64,000 nucleotides of DNA, taken from assembly GCA_963807225.1 (NCBI GenBank), contig CAWEAD010000005.1, forward strand, positions 544,456 to 608,455. The letters are read 5' to 3'. Both the position numbers and the translations under genes were made by a program. Positions 58,536 through 64,000 of this stretch are shown in pieces. The notes under the pieces are model-generated. The model saw nothing but the letters and a program-made list of their open reading frames with translations. It was not told the origin of the DNA and ran no database searches. Each line of letters opens with the position of its first letter. Positions within the stretch are counted from its first letter, which is position 1. Source of the DNA: an uncultured delta proteobacterium (GTDB taxonomy: Bacteria; Desulfobacterota; Desulfobulbia; Desulfobulbales; JAGXFP01).

Positions 58536-59474
58536 TCAAGAGAATTCGTGATAATTTCTCTCCAACTCGCGGACCTGCCGAACCAACTCCTCGTTAACCG
58601 CCACCGGCAAACCGAACGGACGGGCCTGCCGGATCAAAGCGCCGTTAATGGCATCGATCTCGGTCATCCGTTTCGCCCTGACGTCCTGGAGCATGGAAGA
58701 GAGATTGGCTCCGGTGGCCCGGCAAACCTCAATGGTCATGGTTACCGGATCCCGTTCCAGGCGGATGCCTTTTTGTTCCGCGACGGCCGCACCTTCCAGA
58801 ACTGCCGCAGTGAGCCTGGCCAACACGGCCGGCGACTCCAGCAAGGCTCCGTTAGGACAATCATGAATCGCGGTAAGGGCGTTGATCCCCACATTTACCA
58901 GGAGCTTGGCCCACAGGTGAGGAAGGATATCTTCAACCACCACGGTCTCGATCCCGGCCTCGGTCAAGACTCGGGCCACCTCCTCCAGGTCTGGTCGACA
59001 ACCCTTGCCCGCTTCGATTCCGGCCGACGGCCAGCCGATCCGGGTCACCCCTCGCCCCCGATGTTGGACCCGGCCAGGAGCAACAAGGGTGGCGCCCTGA
59101 GCGGTAACTCCGAGGCCCCAGCATCTTCCGTCCAGCAAGTAGGGCAGACTTTCAAGATGGCTGATTCCATTTTGCAGGGCCACGATCAAACCGGCCCGAG
59201 CCAAAAAGGGTCGAGCCCGACCTAGAGCTTCTTTAACTTTCGGGGATTTAACGCAGAGCAGAACCAGATCGGCGGAGATAACAGCCTTGGGGTCAGCGGT
59301 CGCGCCGATCGGTACGACGGTAATGCCGTCATCACTCTCCAGCACCACACCCTGGCTTTCCAGCACAGCCGCCCGGGCGGGATCATGGTCAAAAAGCCAG
59401 ACCTGGTTAAATCTGCCGAGGTGCGCGGCCAGCAGGCACCCCAAAGCGCCGGGGCCGACAATAACAACCTTCAT
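58536..59474 (-). CDS. panE: 2-dehydropantoate 2-reductase
   Basis: VGPGALG, LCVKS, LQNG, WAKLLVNVGINALTA, SSMLQD...TEIDAING. Confidence 0.95.
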   Translation of the reverse strand: MKVVIVGPGALGCLLAAHLGRFNQVWLFDHDPARAAVLESQGVVLESDDGITVVPIGATADPKAVISADLVLLCVKSPKVKEALGRARPFLARAGLIVALQNGISHLESLPYLLDGRCWGLGVTAQGATLVAPGRVQHRGRGVTRIGWPSAGIEAGKGCRPDLEEVARVLTEAGIETVVVEDILPHLWAKLLVNVGINALTAIHDCPNGALLESPAVLARLTAAVLEGAAVAEQKGIRLERDPVTMTIEVCRATGANLSSMLQDVRAKRMTEIDAINGALIRQARPFGLPVAVNEELVRQVRELERNYHEFS

Positions 59475-59525
59475 CTCTTACTCCGCTCGGCCGGTTTAAG
59501 CAAAATATGGCATCTGCTAAGCGGT

Positions 59526-61751
59526 TCAGTTGTAATGGAACAGCAATTTTTTGTCCTTGGTGGCGACCTTGACGATTCCACCTTTGACCAACTGGCCGAA
59601 GAGAATCTCGTCGGCCAGGACATCGCCGATTTCCTGCATGATCAGACGCCGCAGGGGCCGGGCTCCGTAATCCGGGTCGAAGCCCCGCTCGGCCAGCCAG
59701 CCCCGGGCCGCCGGGGTCAACTCGATCCGGACCTTCTTGTCGTCGAGCTGTTCCTGCAACTCCTTGACCATCTTGTCGACTATCATCCCCATTACCCGCC
59801 GGTCCAAGGCATTGAAGGTGATGATCATGTCGAGCCGGTTGCGGAACTCCGGCGAGAAGAGGTCGCGAACCGCCTTCTGATCCCGACCCTTGGCATCGCC
59901 GGTGAAACCGATAGTCCGGACGGACATTTCCCGAGCCCCGGCATTGGTGGTCATGATCAGCGTGACATTGCGAAAATCGGCATGCCGGCCGGTATTGTCG
60001 GTCAGAGTGGAATGATCCATGATCTGCAGCAGGATGTTGAAGACATCCGGGTGGGCCTTCTCGATCTCGTCCAGGAGCAAAACGCTATGGGGATGCTTGC
60101 GGACCGCCTCGGTCAAGAGACCGCCCTGATCGAAACCCACATAGCCGGGCGGCGCCCCGATCAGCCGGGCGACGGCGTGCTTCTCCATGTATTCGCTCAT
60201 ATCGTAGCGCTCGAAGTGGATACCCAGGGCCGCGGCCAGCTGCCGGGCTACTTCGGTTTTTCCCACCCCGGTGGGGCCGGCGAAGAGGAATGAACCCGTA
60301 GGTTTATCGTGTTGTTTCAGCCCGGCCCGGGAGCGCTTTACAGCGGTGACCAGGGCAGTAACCCCTTCATCCTGCCCGAAGATCTGCCCCTTGAGCGTCG
60401 CCTCCAGCTCTCGCAGTTGCTCCAGATCGGAGGCCCGGGCCTTGCGGGCCGGAATCCGAGCCATCCGGGAAACCACATTCTCCACATCACGGACGGTGAC
60501 GGTCCCTCCCTTGCGCTCGGGATTGGCCAGACGAAAAGCGGCCCCCACTTCATCCAGTACGTCGATCGCCTTATCCGGCAAAAAACGATCGGTGATATAT
60601 CGGGCCGCCAGCTCCGCCGTGGCCTTCAGGGCAGGGGCGGAGTAGCGCACCCGGTGGTGTTCCTCGTAGCGGGACTGCAAGCCCTTGAGGATGGCGAAAG
60701 TTTCTTCCTCGGTGGGCTCCTCCACGTCGATTTTCTGGAAGCGCCGGGCCAGGGCACGGTCCTTCTCGATGTTGTTCTTAAATTCCTCGTAGGTGGTTGA
60801 ACCGATGCAGCGCATGGCCCCGGACTGCAAAGCCGGCTTGAGCAGGTTCGAGGCATCGACACTACTACCGCTGGTGGAACCGGCCCCGACAATGGTATGA
60901 ATTTCGTCGATGAAGAGAATGATCCGCGGGTCGTCCTCAACCACCTTCATCACAGCCTTCATCCGTTTTTCAAAATCACCCCGGTATTTGGTGCCGGCCA
61001 TCAAGCCGCCCAGATCGAGCAACCGCACTTCCAAGTCTTGCAGTTGCGCCGGCACCCGGCCCTCATGAATGGCCAGGGCCAACCCCTCGACGATGGCGGT
61101 TTTGCCGACCCCGGGCTCCCCGATCAAGAGGGGGTTGTTCTTTCGTCTCCGGCAGAGAATCTGCATGATCCTCTGTAACTCCCCGGCCCGGCCGATCAGT
61201 GGATCAATCAGTCCCTGGGCGGCACGCTCGGCGAAATTGACCGTGAATTTCTCAAAATCCGAATCCGGCTTGGCCTCTTCCTTCTTTTCCGGTAAAGCCG
61301 GTGTGTCGACTTCAACCCCTGGCGCCGGATAAGAGGCGGAGATGAACTCCAGTACCGCCACCTTTTCGACCCCCTCGGATTTGAGAAAATAGGCAGCATA
61401 TGATTCCGGCTCGGCAAAAATGGCGGCCAGTACATCAGAGGAATCCACCTCTTTCTTGCCGCAACTCTGGACATGGGAAATGGCCCGCTGCAGAACCCGG
61501 TTGAAACCGATGGTCTGCACCGGTTCGGCCATGCTGTCCTCCTGGACGGCACTCAGGCTGGAGGCGAAAAACTGCTCAAGCTTGTCCTTCAGATTATCGA
61601 TATCGCCACCGCAACCGGCGATGATCTCCACCGCCATCTCGTCGTGCAGGAGGGCATAGAGGATATGCTCGACCGTCACATGTTCGTGATGGTGGCTTTT
61701 GGCTTCGCGAATGGCCATGACCAGCGCCATTTCAAGTTTCTGATTTATCAT
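59526..61751 (-). CDS. clpA: ATP-dependent Clp protease ATP-binding subunit ClpA
   Basis: Clp-N domain, [38 protein letters not shown]; adjacent to clpS. Confidence 0.95.
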   Translation of the reverse strand: MINQKLEMALVMAIREAKSHHHEHVTVEHILYALLHDEMAVEIIAGCGGDIDNLKDKLEQFFASSLSAVQEDSMAEPVQTIGFNRVLQRAISHVQSCGKKEVDSSDVLAAIFAEPESYAAYFLKSEGVEKVAVLEFISASYPAPGVEVDTPALPEKKEEAKPDSDFEKFTVNFAERAAQGLIDPLIGRAGELQRIMQILCRRRKNNPLLIGEPGVGKTAIVEGLALAIHEGRVPAQLQDLEVRLLDLGGLMAGTKYRGDFEKRMKAVMKVVEDDPRIILFIDEIHTIVGAGSTSGSSVDASNLLKPALQSGAMRCIGSTTYEEFKNNIEKDRALARRFQKIDVEEPTEEETFAILKGLQSRYEEHHRVRYSAPALKATAELAARYITDRFLPDKAIDVLDEVGAAFRLANPERKGGTVTVRDVENVVSRMARIPARKARASDLEQLRELEATLKGQIFGQDEGVTALVTAVKRSRAGLKQHDKPTGSFLFAGPTGVGKTEVARQLAAALGIHFERYDMSEYMEKHAVARLIGAPPGYVGFDQGGLLTEAVRKHPHSVLLLDEIEKAHPDVFNILLQIMDHSTLTDNTGRHADFRNVTLIMTTNAGAREMSVRTIGFTGDAKGRDQKAVRDLFSPEFRNRLDMIITFNALDRRVMGMIVDKMVKELQEQLDDKKVRIELTPAARGWLAERGFDPDYGARPLRRLIMQEIGDVLADEILFGQLVKGGIVKVATKDKKLLFHYN

Positions 61752-61774
61752 GGTGTATCCTTGGTGGTAAAAAT

Positions 61775-62089
61775 TCAGGCCCTTTCCAACGAACACTTTA
61801 GCGGGTGTTCGTTCTTCCGGGCCAGGTCATGAACGATTACAATTTTAGTTTCGGCCACGTCCCGGGTAAAAACCCCGGCCACTCCCGCTCCCTGCCGATG
61901 CACATTCATCATGATCCGGGCGGCCTCCCCGCGATTCTTGTGAAAGACCACTTCCAGGACCATCACCACAAAGTCCATGGTGGTATAGTCGTCGTTGTGC
62001 AGAATGACCTTGTACATGGGTGGTTCCGTCACCTGATTACGCAAATCGGTGATGACCCAACCCTCGTTCTGTCCTTGGGGCTTACTCAT
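61775..62089 (-). CDS. clpS: ClpS adaptor
   Basis: PPMYKVILHNDDYTTMDFVV...MMNVHRQG. Confidence 0.96.
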   Translation of the reverse strand: MSKPQGQNEGWVITDLRNQVTEPPMYKVILHNDDYTTMDFVVMVLEVVFHKNRGEAARIMMNVHRQGAGVAGVFTRDVAETKIVIVHDLARKNEHPLKCSLERA

Positions 62090-62197
62090 TGTTAACTGCT
62101 TATTATAATTAGCATTTTGTTAGAATTAATCTTCCTTCTCGTGGTAGTACTATATTCACCCCGCAGTCGATAAGCAACAGCCTCGGGACCAGGGGGC

Positions 62198-63565
62198 TCA
62201 ACCGCCGGAAGGAGCCCGCAGCAAGCGCACCAGCAGGTAGTCTAGAACCAGCTTTTCCGACAGGCTGGAACTCTTCAGACTGTATTCCGCATCGAGTAAC
62301 ACTTCCAGCGCCATGGTCAAACCGGTCAGTGAAAACTTTTCCGTCTTGGCGAAGAGCATATAGAGCGCGTAGGGATGGCCGGGCAACTCCTTGGGCCAGT
62401 CCGGACGACTCTTCTTCAAACGTTCCAGGTAACCGGATTGGAAGGCCTGATAACCCTGACCCGGTGAATAGCTCGGACTGTCCAGCGCCTGCATGGACCT
62501 GATGGTCAGCATCTTGCGGAGATGATTGCGCAGGGCGGCAATAATGGCCAGAGGATGGGTACCGCCGTCACGCAGGCGGCCGGCGATGGCCAGGGCCGAA
62601 TCCAGATCGCGACTGGCCACGGCTTCGTTCAATTCGAAAATGGCCTCGTCACGGGTCCGACCCACTATTCCATCCACATCGGCCACTGTTGCGGTAGGCT
62701 GTTCCTCCAGGAACAACGCCAGCTTCTCGCTTTCCAACCGGGCGGCGACCGGATGAAAACCGACCCGCTCCAGAAGAAGCTCCAGAGCCCGGGGTTCAAT
62801 CTTCTTGCCGAACTCGCCCAGGGTATTACGGACGATCTCGGCGATCACTTCCTTGCGGCCGCTTTCCGCCGCTTTCCCGCTGCCGCTATCCACCGTGAGA
62901 TCGACGATAACCCCGAGCTCGGCGATGGCCTTGTATAATTTTTTGCGCTTATCGGCCGCTTCGGCGGTAAGGATCAGAACATTGCCGCCAGGCAATCCCT
63001 CCTGCAGGGCGGCCAAATAGAGCTCGGCCATGTCTCCCCCCTTTTTACCGCCCGGCCCCGCCGGACCGGAACCGAGCAACTCCCCGATCCAGGCCAGATC
63101 CCCAGGCGGTCGGGAGAAACCGAGCTGGGTCACCCAGGCCGCCTCGGGTAGTTCCAACAGCTCATCTACCGTCAGCCCCTCCAACTCCAGGAACTGGCGG
63201 AGACAGCGACCCGCCGCCCGTGGATCGTTTTTATCCCGGTGCTGCAGCCCCTTGTCCCAGAGGGTCTTGCCGACCACCTTGGAAAAAAGCAGCCGGGTAT
63301 CGCTGACCTTGATCACCCGCTTGCCGCCGAACAGACTGTAAGTCCTGATCTGGTTCAGGGTCTGTCCCGGCTCCTCCTGGTCGCCGTCCACCAAGGCGAG
63401 ACTGGCCGCCTGCTGCTTCTCGTCGGGCAACAGGTGGTTGATGATCTCACCGGCGGCCTGCTGGCACAGGTAACGGTCGCCGACCACCAGATAAATCGGC
63501 GCCGCCCGGCCACTGTCCAGACCCTTGAGCAGGGTCGGCAGTTCTTGTCGTTTGATTATAGGCAT
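62198..63565 (-). CDS. holA: DNA polymerase III delta subunit (HolA-like)
   Basis: IYLVVGDRYL, KRKKLYK, ARLESEKLALF, IFELNEAV, EYSLKSS. Confidence 0.8.
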   Translation of the reverse strand: MPIIKRQELPTLLKGLDSGRAAPIYLVVGDRYLCQQAAGEIINHLLPDEKQQAASLALVDGDQEEPGQTLNQIRTYSLFGGKRVIKVSDTRLLFSKVVGKTLWDKGLQHRDKNDPRAAGRCLRQFLELEGLTVDELLELPEAAWVTQLGFSRPPGDLAWIGELLGSGPAGPGGKKGGDMAELYLAALQEGLPGGNVLILTAEAADKRKKLYKAIAELGVIVDLTVDSGSGKAAESGRKEVIAEIVRNTLGEFGKKIEPRALELLLERVGFHPVAARLESEKLALFLEEQPTATVADVDGIVGRTRDEAIFELNEAVASRDLDSALAIAGRLRDGGTHPLAIIAALRNHLRKMLTIRSMQALDSPSYSPGQGYQAFQSGYLERLKKSRPDWPKELPGHPYALYMLFAKTEKFSLTGLTMALEVLLDAEYSLKSSSLSEKLVLDYLLVRLLRAPSGG

Positions 63566-63696
63566 GTCCGGTAAAATACCCTTTTTTGAAAATATTTAAA
63601 AATGCTTACATAGTTCCCGGTAATCTTATTACAGTTGTAGGGAAATCAAGTTCAACCCTGTCGGGGCCGGCAAGCGGTCACGGCAAAGGACTGGAA

Positions 63697-64000
63697 ATGG
63701 ATAAAGAGAACCAGCCCGGCTGCAGGCCGGAGCGACTGGGGGTACTGGTCGGGGGCTCCGGCCTGATCGGCGGCGCCCTGATGCATTATTTTAAAACCAA
63801 GACCGACGACAGTATCGACGTCCTTTCCCCGAACAGCAAAAAGCTGAGTTTGCGGGAACCAGACGATATCCGTCGTTATTTTCGGAAGTACCGCCCCGAC
63901 TTCATCATCAATACCGCCATCGCCGCCATCGATGCCGACGCCCAGCTGGCCTATGAAGTAAACTACCTGGGCGCCATCTACCTGGCCCGGGTTGCCCTTA
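63697..64000 (+). CDS. NAD(P)-dependent SDR / RmlD-like sugar-nucleotide reductase, 5' partial (runs off the window)
   Basis: Translates as MDKENQ...LVGGSGLIGGAL...RPDFIINTA...AYEVNYLGAIYLARVAL; AAGGA RBS. Confidence 0.75.
   Translation, partial: MDKENQPGCRPERLGVLVGGSGLIGGALMHYFKTKTDDSIDVLSPNSKKLSLREPDDIRRYFRKYRPDFIINTAIAAIDADAQLAYEVNYLGAIYLARVAL

Noticed and set aside
1-64000. tRNA, rRNA, tmRNA, CRISPR arrays, IS elements, integrases, prophage genes
   Set aside because: No T-loop/anticodon cloverleaves, repeat-spacer arrays, terminal inverted repeats with transposase, or recombinase motifs were seen by eye. A tRNAscan/Infernal/ISEScan run would be needed to exclude them formally.

Overview
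This is a GC-rich, gene-dense chromosomal window from a sulfate/sulfur-respiring deltaproteobacterium (Desulfobacterota, probably Desulfobulbales; inferred from gene content, not from a search). Most of it is housekeeping: dsrMKJOP, recD2, His6-type hisA, a stand-alone fusA, gatCA-hisC-cmk, mutM, bioBF, pcnB, rpsA-sppA-ihfB, guaBA, metK-ahcY, panE, clpSA and holA. I found no tRNA, rRNA, CRISPR array or transposase/integrase. Four loci stand out. (1) A CysM-type cysteine synthase is fused to a cysteinyl-tRNA-synthetase-like module that keeps its Zn/Cys ligands and anticodon domain but has lost three ATP-binding signatures (HIGH to TLDH, GGG to SSS, KMSKS to KMNRD). It sits directly behind dsrMKJOP. 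(2) A 1034-aa radical SAM / degenerate SPASM / ArsM-type As(III) methyltransferase / Cys-rich DUF5714-like fusion is a candidate organoarsenical biosynthesis enzyme. (3) A tight operon encodes a selenocysteine formate dehydrogenase (in-frame UGA plus SECIS, split by the ORF track), AsrA/AsrB (Flx)-like NAD(P)H modules and an ASKHA-type corrinoid reductive activator (RACo). (4) An AT-richer islet behind guaA carries a receiver-PATAN/DUF4388-Roadblock protein with an internal RBS and a tandem Roadblock duplicate. A 49-aa, 9-Cys rubredoxin-like small protein is missing from the ORF track. At least three conserved genes carry single-base frameshifts in short homopolymers, which may be assembly errors. 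All family names come from motif recognition by eye; no database search was run.
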